A stretch of 64,000 nt of DNA from Asterias rubens (Eukaryota). A program made the position numbers and the translations under genes. Shown one piece after another: positions 25,455 through 37,436 of the stretch. Location of the stretch: contig NC_047066.1 of NCBI RefSeq assembly GCF_902459465.1, forward strand, positions 19,592,001-19,656,000. The letters are read 5' to 3'. Each line of letters begins with the position of its first letter. The first letter of the stretch is position 1. The notes beneath the pieces are model-generated. The model made no database searches and was not told where the DNA came from. It worked only from the letters and a program-made list of their open reading frames with translations.

Positions 25455-26388
25455 CACAAATCAGCACAAAGATGAGCAAACTTGTAACTCAAATATGTGT
25501 GTACCTATTTTTCTATCAAATTGAGCAGGTAAAACAAATGCTTTTGAAAAGAAAATTGTTTAAAGTATGTGTGTGCAATTCTTAAGACTTACAGTAGGTT
25601 CATAAATTGGTATGGTACATGTAAATACTCCAAAAATTAGTGTCCATTAAAACTTACTTGGTGAGCGGCAATGCAGCTATTGATGTATTTAAACTATTTT
25701 GAGAAAGGATTACCTTTGGATGTAAATATGGTTTGGATAATATTCAGTCCACCCAAAAACATTTGAATCTAAGAAAACATTCATGCATGAATTATTTTTT
25801 TCAGCTTTCAGTGGGTTATTGTGTTTGCGCATTCTGCGCCTAGAGATGCGGTTGGTACCCGCTGTCACCGCGCTAAACGCGGACGAATCCGAAGTTGTGT
25901 GAATAGTGTAACAGCTTTTTGGTGTTTTATCAGCAGGTAGAAACTTTGACATTCACATGCGACTTCTAATTATATATTTCTTTATATTGTTTTGCCTATA
26001 AATCAGCATTAAATTGACAAAACCAAATCTATGACCCTACCTCTAAGTGTACATGGTTTTAAGTGATAGATACACAATGCAAGCATGCAATATAGGGATT
26101 GCATGCATTGTGCTTCAATTATTTTTGGGCATAAATTCATTAATCAGAGTAAATATATTTTATGGTTTGAAAAGGTAATACAGTTCTGAAGACTTATTTT
26201 TGTGGGCTGAAATTTTCTACAGTAAAAAACTTCAAAGGAGGACTGTTGTCATGATCATTGCAAGTCTGTAGCTAGCTGTTCATGAACTCAGTTACCGTGC
26301 GAGTGCTGGCTGTCCTATTAACAGTTTGTGGTGTGCAACTACATGTACATGTAGTGCACACGCACCCAGTCACTGGGCCAGAGTTCAT

Positions 26389-26546
26389 AATGGACCCTTT
26401 TCATGAAACGCTAATTACACTCGCGCATGCGTACAGATTGGTTGGCAAACGCCATAGAGTTGTGCACTAAGCAGACATTTTTGCCAACAAAATGTAAGTG
26501 CGCACGCGCTTTGTGCAATTTACATATTTCATGAAAAGGGTCCATT
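26389..26546. mobile_element. Small MITE
   Basis: 20-bp TIR aatggacccttttcatgaaa / tttcatgaaaagggtccatt. Confidence 0.75.
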
Positions 26547-28129
26547 CCAGGAATTAACATGCCTGCCATGATCATGATGGTAGTCACCCTTCAAGTGCCT
26601 TTTGTATATTTATCATTGTCTTCCATGCTCATTAAAATCTTTCTAAAAAAAGGAAAACCTTTGTGTTCAAAGTTCTTTTTGTTTTGCCCCCCCCCCAACC
26701 CTCCATCAAAGGATGTGTACATTTAGGCCAGTCATTTCAGGAATCAATTCCTTGTAAATAAATTGGTCTTAATGTTTCAAACATAGCTCTGCATACCTTG
26801 TAGAAATAACGAGCACTTTCGGATTTCCTGACTAGTGATCTGGATATGCTCTAATTTGAGACAAACAAGAAGAGAATTTCAGTTTTAGACGTTATGATTT
26901 TAAAAAACAAACAAAAATCCCTTAATTATAAGGTCCATCAGTGCAAGCCGGTCAATATTGTGTCTATATTAATAGATGCGAGGACAATCGTTTGTACGTA
27001 ACATTGTATTTTGCTTACTTATGACTAAAACCCAAAACAAAATCAGGTTTCTAAATCAAGGTAAAACTGAAAACAATTATTCAATTCAGAAAACAATCTC
27101 TTTTTGCAGCGGTCTATTATTTAACCATGATATACATGTAGTTTTGCCATGTGGTTTAAACACATGCTAGTTTTGCAGACTGCACCAACTACGTGTACAT
27201 GTACATACAAGTAGCACCACCAGTTACTACTGTTGCAGAGGAAAAACGTAAAATTAGTGCAAAATGTTGCAGATTACTCACAAATTGGGTTCACTAGTGC
27301 GACTGATAATTGAACATACAAAATAAAGTAAGGGAAAGGCCCCTAAACCTTAACAGGACATGAGAAATACCAGCAGAAGTACTGCAATAGTAAATGAGAC
27401 ATGCTGGCTCCCTCAATCATTAAAACTATTAGTCCTTTGCCTGTAAATATGCAAATAATTTACAGCAGTTTCGCATCATTGATTTTTCAATTCAATAACT
27501 GGTAATCCTTTTTTTGTCAGAGCCATTTCCGGTAAGTCGTCTGAAATATTGAGTGACGTGTAGCGAGTGATTCTAAAAATAGTTTATTTGGTGAGGAATA
27601 TTTCAACAGATGTTTTAACTTGTTATTTATAAATATAAATTGCGCTTTGGTAATAGTTAATGTACTTTATTGATTTAAAACGTGTTGTTTGGAAATAATA
27701 GACTGGTTTTGGTTTGTTTATAATGTTCAATTTGCATAGGGAAAACTGTTCAATATTTTTTTTTTCTATTAGAACTTACATTTAGTCTTGTTTGCTATTT
27801 AAATAAATTAACGACACATGAAATATTTGTTTGGTACTTTGCTGATAACAGTATTAATTCAAACTCACAAAATAGTATCTTCCATTAAAAAAATGATTAC
27901 AATATTAAACCTAAAAGTTTGTACATAAAATTTTACAAGAATGGCTTTAATCCTATAGAGACCATTATTTTATACACAGGGAAGTCTAATAATATGTTTT
28001 TTCCAACTGTCCTTCTCTAAAATTGTCTGGAAAATATTTTTGGTTTGTTTTGCTCAAGAAACTATCTATAGTATGTAACCTTAGGGAAACATGGGAAATT
28101 GTACCACTCGCAGCATGCAGCTGCTGTCA

Positions 28130-28622
28130 GCTTGTGGCCACTATCGGCTTTTTAGTACAATTGGCTTATGGTGGCTATTAGCATTTTGTACAAGAGGCTG
28201 CTTGCGGCCACTGTAGGCCTTTTATTAGTACAATCACCTTGTGGTGGCTACTGGCATTTTGTACAAGAGGCTTGTGGCAACTATAGGCCTTTTAGTACAA
28301 TCACCTTGTGGTGGCTACTGGCATTTTGTACAATCGGCTTGTGGCCGATATGGGCCTTATTGGTAACTCCACTCATAAGCACTAAGGGCATTGTGGTAAA
28401 ACAGGCTTGTGACCACTAATCCTGGTCCCAGCAGCTTGTGGCCACAGCAGGATGGTACAGGCGTCTTGTGGCCACAGCATGTTGGTACAAGTGGCTTGTG
28501 GCCACAGCATGTTGGTACAGGCGGCTTGTGGCCACAGCATGTTGGTACAAGTGGCTTGTGGCCACAGCATGTTGGTACAAGTGGCTTGTGGCCACTAGCC
28601 TTCCGATACAAGCCGCTTGTGA
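28130..28622. repeat. Minisatellite, 30-bp unit gcttgtggccacagcatgttggtacaagtg with older, longer variants
   Basis: About 5 homogeneous units at 28435-28570; diverged units upstream. Confidence 0.9.
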
Positions 28623-28693
28623 CCTCTATAGTCTTTGGAAGCTAAATGAAAATGACACTTGTTTGAGAGTTATGCGAGTGGCTTCTAACCTGA

Positions 28694-31600
28694 TTACGGT
28701 GGTAGAGCTGCATGTATGGCAGACATAGAATCTATGAAGTCTGTAATGATGGCTTCCCCTTCACTCTGACTCTGATTCCAATGCCTTAAGGAATCAAGAA
28801 CTTGCTGCTGACAGGAGCTCCCGATATTCTCAAACTGAATTTAGAGAGAAAACAAAAAAACACAATGAGGCGGTTTCTGAACTAGCTGCAGTCAGATCTC
28901 CACATTAACATACATTAAAGGTAAAATAATAGAATTCATTTAAATTAAATTCAATACAATCAAATTATTTATTCATCACGCCAGCATGAAAATCATTACC
29001 TCGGTTTGCACATAAAAATATTAACATATAAAAATACACTACTGACTACACGTATTATATTTGAATAGCAATTCTTTTGCAAACTTAATATAAAAATGGT
29101 TTGATTTAAATGCACTTGAACACAAAAGTAAAACTTACTCAGAGCAATAATCAACAAGATTGAACTGCACACATTTTAAAAACATTGGACAAAGAAACCA
29201 GGCAGGGCAAAAAGCAATAGCAGATGATACATTCAAAACAAAAAAATTATGCGAAATGCATAGGATGCCCTTCCCACCCTGCAGTAGTGGATGGAGCTGA
29301 AGAGATAGATCAATATGTACAGAATTAATTAATATTATTATTATTATTATTATTATTCATGGTTTATTAAAACACTGCAATACAGTGGCTAAAAGCCAAA
29401 ATGTACAGTTCACAAAAATAGTCATTCAAAATATTACTACAGACCGAATTGAATATGTCATCGTTCACATACACGTATCTGCCCTACAACATGGCCTCTG
29501 TGACCGTGTGCGTGTGTGTGTGCGTGCTTGTGCCGTAGAAATCAAACCAGGAATGATGAGTGCTGCGTGTTTCTTTGATTTACGCGTTTAGACGCACAAA
29601 ATGTTTGCCCTAAAAGATGGCGACTTTAATAACAACAAAGATGTTATTCAATACGGTCTATATTACAAAAAAAAGAATGAAATATCAAATGTTCAAACAC
29701 ACGGGCAACAAAATTATTACTTATTATCCAAACAAGATCGTAAAGCTCATTCATCCTTCTTGCGAAATAAGTTTTTTCATAAATTTTCAACGAATAGTTC
29801 GCATCAGTCAACTTGAGCTCAATTTCTGCGAAACATCCGCTGCAAAAACAGCCCCGAAACATCAAAATTCACTAAGCATTCGCATTTGCAGGAAGTATGA
29901 ACCGGGCTTAATGCTTGATTTTCTCATTCAGGCAAACAAATCTTATCAGTTTCTTATCTCTGAAATGGTCAGCAATGAAAAAAGGGACTAAGCGGTTAAG
30001 GGTTAGAGTTAGGATTAGGGTTGGGAAATCAAACAGTTGCTTGGTCTATGGAACTAGGCTTGTTAAAGGTTAGGGTAAAATTTAGCGTTAGGGTTCTGGC
30101 TGGTTACAAATAAAGGTAAAAGAAGTTAGGGTTACTGAAGCCAATGTGCTCTAACCTTTTTAGTAAATTCTTTTCGGTTATTATCACTGCTTGCCTGGGC
30201 AGCTTCCAACTTCTCTACCTCTTCTTCCTGCAGTTCCATTGATCTATAAAAAAAAAAAAAAAACAGTATCTGCAGTTTAAAAGAGGACTGGATCTAATCA
30301 TGACCCAACAGTGGTCAGCCTGGCATTATTTGAATACAATCTGATTTCTTAACTGTAATAAGTGTGGGAATAACAACAAGCAAGTAAATAGGCCCACATC
30401 TCTCCCACTTCAGTCTCCTGACGACGACTAAAGCAAGCTAGTCGAAATGTTGAGACCAATTTAAGAACTCACTCAGCGGTAGTAAAGTTTACAACGAGAA
30501 GTCCACTTGATCCACTAAAGCTAAAGCAGTACTCCTGGCCGATTTTCTACCCCCAGCCCAGGTAGTAGTTAATAAGCAGGACAATTCTAATCAGAACTGA
30601 GAAGTCTCACGAATTCCAAAAATCTACTCCACGGTAGTAGAACATAATAATAGCAAGACAAGTTCTCAAAAGGACATAATCTATCTGGCAAGTAGATACA
30701 AACATGCTGTTACTACAAGCCAAGTATCTATTAAAGACAGTGGACACTATTGGTAATTGTCAAAGACCAGTCTTCTCACTTGGTGTATCTCAACATATGC
30801 ATGAAATAAAAAACCTGTGAAAACTTGAGCTCAATTGGTCGCCAAAGTTGCAAGATAATAATGAAAGAAAAAAAACACCCTTGTCACAAGAAGTTGTGTG
30901 CGTTTAGATGGTTGATTTTGAGACCTCAAGTTCTAAAACTTGAGGTCTCAAAATCAAATTCGTGGAAAATTACTTCTTTCTCTGTTTTATACTATCAACC
31001 TCTCCCCATTACTCGTTACCAAGTGAGGTTTTATGCTGATAGTATATACCAATAGTGTCCACTGCCTTTAAACAGCAAGTTATTTGAGACTTACTCTTCT
31101 TGTAATTGCACTTCTTTGTCCAGACACTCAACTCGGTTACTAGTATCCACTAGAGCTGCTTCTAATGTACTCTGTAGTAAATAATAAAATACAGTGTTAA
31201 AGACACTGGACACTATTGACGTCAAGAATTGCTTTGCTTTCGCAGGAAGTATGAACAAGGTTTTACTTTTAAAGACACTAGACACTATTGGTAATTGTCA
31301 AAGACCAGTCTTCTCACTTTGTGTATCTCAACATATGCATAAAATAACAAACTTGTGGAAATTTGAGCTCGGTTGTCAAAGTTGCGAGATAATAATGAAA
31401 GAAAAAACACCCTTGTCACACGAAGTTGTGTGCTTTCAGATGCTTGATTTCGAGACCTCAAATTCTGAATCTGAGGTCTCGAAATCAAATTCATGGAAAA
31501 TTACTTCTTTCTCGAAAACTATGTTACTTCAGAGGGAGCCGTTTCTTACAATGTTTTATACTATCAACCTCTCCCAATTACTCGATACCAAGTAAGGTTT

Positions 31601-34600
31601 TAGGCTGATAATTATTAAGAGTAATTACCAATAATGTCCACTGCCTTTAAGTCTGTTATTAGAAAGGATACATTGGATGCGTAAATGTCAACACTTAGTG
31701 TGTTTAAGTGACGTGTAACAGCGGTGTCCATGTTTTAAATGGACGTTTAACATAACGCTTTTTGACAATATGGTAGGCCTAAAAAAAGGAAAGTTTGATG
31801 AAGCCAAGAAGTTATACGTACTGTATGTTCTTCCATATCCTTGTAGTTTGGTTGTCTCTTGGTGGGCACTTTTAAGGACGCACAGCTTGTCATTAATCTG
31901 GGTAAAGATGAATATATGGTGTTAACAAACAAGCAAAGTTATGAAGAAATTACATATTCTTGCTGGTAAGCACAAAATAACACTCGATCATTAAAAAAAT
32001 CTGTCTATAACTACCATGAATAATAAATCGATCAACATGATGCATCTATAACAGATGAATCAACTTTCCCTTGAAAGAAAGCAAAAGATATATATAAATC
32101 AAACAAAATATTCAAAATATCAACTCATTTGCATGTTTAGCTATCCATAGAGCAATCAAACATTGTTATCAGTCTACAAGTAACAAATCAACATTGATTC
32201 TACAAAGTTAAAGCCATTGGACACTTTCTGAACAATACAAAAATTAAAAGTTCACAGATTTACAAATAACTTACAGGGTTTAGAGAAGGTAATGGTGAAA
32301 GACTTCCCTTGAAATATTATTCCATGAAATGCTTCACTTTTTGAGAAAACATTAAAACAATTATCAATTCTCAATATCGAGAATAACATATTTATTTTAA
32401 ACACATGTCATGACACGGCAAAACGTGCGGAAACAAGGGTTGGTTTTCCCGTTATTTTCTCCCGACTCCGATGACCGTTTGAGCCTAAATTTTCACTGGT
32501 TTGTTACTTTATATATAAGTTGTGATACACGCAGACATCACGGAGACATCACAAAGAGCTGTACAATAAAACATTATTAAGTTTTTAAGAATGCAGATAA
32601 ATTGATCACAATAACAGCAACAATATTCAAGGCAGTGGACATAAAAACTTACTTGGTATGTGTCAATTGTTCCAAATCTTTTATTTAATCACATTACCTT
32701 TTTTTCAAGTTGTTAAGATGGTTTTGAACTTCATTGTGACTTGAGCTACTCGTCTCGTTAAGAACAATCCTAGTGAAAAAAAATTGAAATCAATCAAACA
32801 ACTGGTACATAACAACAGTCTTCAAGGAACGCTGGATTCTCTTAGCAATAAGTATACTAAGATTGTTTTTGTATAAACAAAAAGCAGTGAATGATCGCAA
32901 TGGGGATCACTACCGGGGCCACAAAATGCAATAAGAGGATGGTGGCCCCCAGTAGCACAAGAAAACAACAGTTCTCCCCCACCGTAATGCCCTGGCTTTG
33001 CCGCTGCTTGACTGCTTGGCCATGACACACGATAAGGAGAATAATCTTGAATCATTTTTATTAGCAACCACAATCGGGTTGGATTCGTTATAAACTTCAA
33101 TACATCAACAATTACAAAAGACATCACATAAACTTTAAACGTTAATATTTAAAAATGGCCAGTTACAATATTACAAGACAAAATGCTACACTTTGAGGCG
33201 GCAAGAGAATTGTCTCTACTTACAAGATGGCACTTTCAGCAATCTGGTTTAAGAACTCTTGACTCGTCTTGGTCATTGTTTGCCACCTGGAGACACTCTG
33301 GGCTGATAATTGACGCTCCTGGAAGTCATCATCATCAAAATGTTCTCTAGGACCTGCGACACATAAAAATAGTAGTAAAGTTTATCTCAAGCCAATATGG
33401 CTCATCAATATCCTCATAGAGTTTCAAAAATTTCAAAATTAAAATGACCATGCCCTCTCAACGATGAAATTCCGGGCCTCAACTTATCCACCAGGCGCCA
33501 AGCTGAGCCTTTAAAATCAGGTGCCAACTTCAGAGACTGGCATTCTGTAGCCATTGGTGCTAAATGTCACCATTTTTAACTTACAGGATTAGTACAAATT
33601 TTTAAGCAAAATATTTTAAGTTATAATTACCCGAGGAATGTGTACGTTTGCTTGGTGAAGTTTGTCTGGAGGTAGTTTCCTGAAGAGAGTAAAATATCAT
33701 GAACAGTAGGGTCATACTTTGGTAGTAACACCACAACAAAATGTGACCTGAAAGACTACTTGTACAAATGGTAATGGTAATAAGCATGCTGCAAACAACA
33801 TTTCGTCTGAAGTGCCCCTGTTGATTAGAAATCAATAAAAGCTATGTTATTGCTATCTTCCTAGCCCTAAGCTAACGAGCCTAAGTGCAAATGACAGATA
33901 CTTACATGTACTTATTGCATTTAAACAATACTGACAAAAATCAGAAGTCTTGGCTTCGAATCCCACATGACTAGCCTGTGGATTTTCTTTGGCAGGACTC
34001 GGAAAATATAGAGTGTAGGGAGATGCCCTTTACCAAAGGGAAACTGCCTTAAGCCCAGTTCATACTTCTGAATGCTACGTGAGAAGCAAGTTTTCTTGCG
34101 ACACAAATTAGAAAAACAGCGCAGGCTGATTATTGCGTCACCAAAATTTGCTTCGTATTCCCAGGAAGTACACATGAACCAGGTTTAACCCAATACACCA
34201 ACAAAGTATCAGGCCTGAATATTGTATGTGTGAAGCATCCATAGAGCTATATATATTGACTAGAGCACTAACAGCCCGTTATACACGCACTAAGGTTTTG
34301 AAGCCGTGTGGGCGCATCCATGTTTATGTACAAACCAATACAAAAGCTTGAAATTTTGTACGGCAATTGTACGGCTATTTGCATGATAGTGCGTTTGTTC
34401 TTTTTTATGTGCCACCGAAGCAAAAAATGCAGTAAATGTGAACGCACAATCTGCTGATCAGCGCACAAACTGCGAGCGTCATGTGCGTCATGATTAAAAG
34501 GCGCGTTTACTTTTTTTTAGTACGGCAATCAAGTCGAAGTTACGGTTTTCGTAGCGCGGACGTACGCGAGTGGACAGTTGCGTATGTATACGCACACGCA

Positions 34601-35835
34601 GAATGTAAAATAATCGCGGCAATGTGTGTTCTCTTAAAATTCCGAATTCACGCAAAACATCAAACATGTCTGCGCCCAGGGTGGCTTCAAAACGTAGAGC
34701 AAGTTAGCGCTCTAGTCAATATATATAGCTCTATGGAAGCATCCAACTGGTCGTATAATTTCAGAACTAAAGGCAGTGGACACTATTGGTAATTACTCAA
34801 AATAATTACTTGCATAAAACCTTACTTGGTGACGAGTAATTGGGAGAGGTTGATGGTATAAAACATTGTGAGAAACGGCTCCCTCTGAATTGATCAATTG
34901 ACATAGTTTTCGAGAAAGAAGTAATTAGGAACGAATTTGATTTCGAGACTTCAGATTTAGAATTTGAGGTCTCGAAATCAACCATCTAAAGGCACACAAC
35001 TTGTTATTTTATGCATATGTTGAGATACACCAAGTGAGAAGACTGGTCTTTGACAATTACCAAAAGTGTCCAGTGTCTTTAAGGTAATAACAGTACTAGT
35101 TTAATTACCTTGCTTCTTCTTTTGGTTCCTTTACCCTTCTCAGCTTGTCCACTCTTCCCCTTGTCTAACTGGGCGCCGGTGCTCAATTTATCCTCAGCTG
35201 AGCCACCTCTCCTACCCCTACCCCTGCCTCGGACAGCGGTTTGTGGTCTCCCTCTAGTCGGATCACTTGCTCTGTCTCTGGAAGCACTTCCTTTTCCTCC
35301 CTGCCGCTTCCCAGTCTGTTCATCTGATGAGCTATGACGAGAGGCATCACCTGATGAGGGGTTACGCCTTGAGCTCAGATTCTGTAATAGTTCACCGACA
35401 TCAGCAGATGATTTCTTTGTCTTCTTTTTAGTTGACGTACCTATTATTGAAGCGAAGGTATACAGTTGTTAATCACTCTTGAAATTTTTGGCAATAACCA
35501 GTTTTGATTAGAAGCTTACACAGCAGCTTTCAATAGTATTAAGCATCTTGAGAAACGTTCCAGTTTGAAGTAATGTGTTTAAATGTAAAAAGCTATCAGT
35601 TTTTATGCCCCCCAAAATATGAATCTGAGAAGCGTTACATATTTGCTCCTGGTTTGCAGCGATTTCTCACAAACCCGCCCACCTTTGAAAAGAAATTTTT
35701 ACATGTTGTTGTTAGTTTTTGTATAATATCTATATACAGGGTTAAAACAATCGACCGGGTCAAAATACTTGATTTACCTTTCTGCGTTGATGTTTTTGCT
35801 GCTGCAGTACTGGTTTTCTTGCTTTGACGAGGCAT
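28694..35835 (-). CDS. CENPQ: Centromere protein Q-like (CENP-Q/Okp1 family)
   Basis: Minus-strand exons 35778-35835, 35109-35440, 33631-33679, 33224-33353, 32698-32769, 31822-31897, 31095-31171 and 30156-30243 are GT-AG and phase-consistent. A further exon starts at 29296 (LHPLLQ..., 3' end unresolved) and a probable last exon is 28694-28834. SRWQTMTKTSQEFLNQIAESAILIVL, EVQNHLNNLKKRL and SCASLKVP, followed by a coiled coil, resemble remembered human CENP-Q segments (TWQPLSKSTRDHLQTMMESVI, EIQYHLNFLKKRL, CETLKVP). Confidence 0.75.
30411..30645 (+). mobile_element. Hammerhead-headed dispersed repeat, second copy (CENPQ intron)
   Basis: Homologous to 12238-12436. Confidence 0.55.
30413..30456 (+). 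ncRNA. Minimal type I hammerhead ribozyme, second copy (two substitutions)
   Basis: GTCTC-CTGACGA-C-GACTAA(AGCAAG)CTAGTC-GAAA-TG-T-T-GAGAC; shares about 200 bp of downstream sequence with the 12241 copy. Confidence 0.6.
30731..31071 (+). mobile_element. MITE family A (internal deletion), CENPQ intron
   Basis: TTAA at both ends, TIRs. Confidence 0.85.
31269..31650 (+). mobile_element. MITE family A, CENPQ intron
   Basis: TTAA at both ends; a solo left TIR lies at 31197-31220. Confidence 0.87.
32208..32532 (-). mobile_element. MITE family B (one end truncated), CENPQ intron
   Basis: TTAA-agccattggacactttc start, family-B body. Confidence 0.8.
34235..34740. mobile_element. CpG-rich MITE with long TIR, CENPQ intron
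   Basis: gcatccatagagctatatatattgactagagc / gctctagtcaatatatatagctctatggaagc, plus a subterminal gttttgaagcc..tgggcgca inverted pair. Confidence 0.8.
34767..35082 (-). mobile_element. MITE family A (internal deletion), CENPQ intron
   Basis: TIRs present; right TTAA intact, left CTAA. Confidence 0.83.
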
Positions 35836-36068
35836 AACTGAGCTTCTTAGCTGAGTGTTTTGTTCGATGATGGTTTGGGAGATACGAACTTGAGCTGCAG
35901 AGAAACAATTTCAATTTAAAGAGAATCATAAATATAGTTTGGTTGAATCATTTCTTGTCTTATAAGTTATAACCTATAATATAAGTCTGCCACACACATT
36001 CAGCATTTCCCTTTACAGTCATGCTTTTGCTTAAATAAATATTATATGATCTGCAGTGAGATCTATAA

Positions 36069-36263
36069 TAGTTGCGATAACGTAACCCTCCTCCCGAAGC
36101 GGCGAGAGGAGGGTTATGTTATCGCAACTATGAGATCTATTGCAAATTAGTTGATTTCCCACAATGGTCGAAAGGCACTGTGGTTGGGAAGGAAAAGAAA
36201 GAGAACAAACAATGTAGTTGCGATAACGTAACCGTCAGGAGGAGGGTTACGTTATCGCAACTA
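36069..36263. repeat. Two short near-perfect hairpins sharing the TIR tagttgcgataacgtaacc
   Basis: 36069-36130 and 36215-36263. Confidence 0.85.
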
Positions 36264-36518
36264 AAAAAGTAAAAGGGAACACTGCTCATGCTGCTTGATC
36301 AGCTGGCACCTTTTTCCTCTCCACCACAGCACAGCAGTGCCTTTCGACCTTATTTTTTTTTAAACGAACTATTTTTACTGGTAAATGTACTTTTTCGGCC
36401 TGCTTGGCCGCCAGTGCAGTGCAGTTAATAAATAAACCACAATAATAATAATTGCGCAAAATCAACAAGGTCAAGGGAGTATTTATTTTGCAACCAAACC
36501 AATTCTAATAATAATAAT

Positions 36519-36653
36519 GGAAAAGTTTCCGTATGGCGGCACCACTTTTTCATTCGATATGAAATAATATATATAGTATCTAATTTACCTCAAAAAATAT
36601 CCTTTTTTGTAAAAATTAGTGAAAAGGTGGTGGCGCCATACGTAAAGTTATCC
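36519..36653. mobile_element. Palindromic MITE family F (further copies 37800-37921 and about 38080-38270)
   Basis: gaaaagtttccgtatggcg.caccacttttt ... aaaagtggtggcgccatacg.aaagttatcc. Confidence 0.75.
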
Positions 36654-37109
36654 AATATTTCTTCTTCATTGTCAAAGTTCAAAAGTAAAATACAGTTCAA
36701 CCACTCAACTCAAGTTTAACAATAATAACAACATATACATCCCGGGATAGGATAAACATAAATTGACTCAACAACAACTTGTTTTCAACCATTGGCCATT
36801 GTCAACATACCAGTAGTACAGTACAGTACCACCCCTCAAGTTACTGAAGAAGATGTAAATAAACAAAAGTTAAATAAAGTACACGATCAATAAAGTGACA
36901 AACTACCTTAAAAACTGAAGGTCGTATATCGAATTTCCCTCAAAGATAAGCACGAAGTTAGGAGCTGGTTTTAGGACTCGGCTCTCGGTCGCTTCTTTTT
37001 GGAAGGTAGAGATGTTGTCTGCTCACTTTTGTTGTTAAACCTCGAGCTCATTGTTGCTCTCTCGATCCCAGTACCAAATTCAATATGAGTGAAGCGTGCT
37101 TTTGTGTAA

Positions 37110-37436
37110 ACACCTGAGAATAAGGATACACAGCCACCAAAGACGAAGTCAACACAATTCCTATTGGTTTAAAAAGATAGATTTTCATCAGTATATCCAA
37201 TCAGAGAGGTTGTTGTAGGTCCACTACCTTTGACCCATGCGTGGCGCGAAGTTGACTTGGGAAATTTTGTTCACTTTTCATGTCGTCTGTTCGTTTTGCC
37301 GTCACGTACGCCACACGGATAAATTCTAACTCGTATTTTTCTTCTCAGACAATTTACATTGCTTAAGTTGCTGAAACTATATGAATTTTTCAACTCTTGA
37401 GTCTGTTTAGGAAGAGTTTGTAAAAATTTAACTGAA
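37110..37436. promoter_or_regulatory. Bidirectional promoter region shared by CENPQ and RFC2
   Basis: Divergent genes; CpG-enriched; ATTGG near 37163 and CCAAT near 37197; E2F-like GTGGCGCGAA at 37241-37250. Confidence 0.55.

Noticed and set aside
25710-25952. CpG-rich patch with an 80-aa minus ORF and a possible plus-strand exon
   Set aside because: Both strands give equally weak cases and there are no neighbouring exons.
28357-28728. Cys/His-rich repeat peptide (CCGHKPLVPT)n as a metallothionein-like gene
   Set aside because: The 30-bp unit is a multiple of 3 and is open in several frames on both strands; no start or splice context.
35110-35337. Plus-strand Leu/Pro-rich 75-aa ORF
   Set aside because: Antisense shadow of the K/R/G-rich CENPQ exon.
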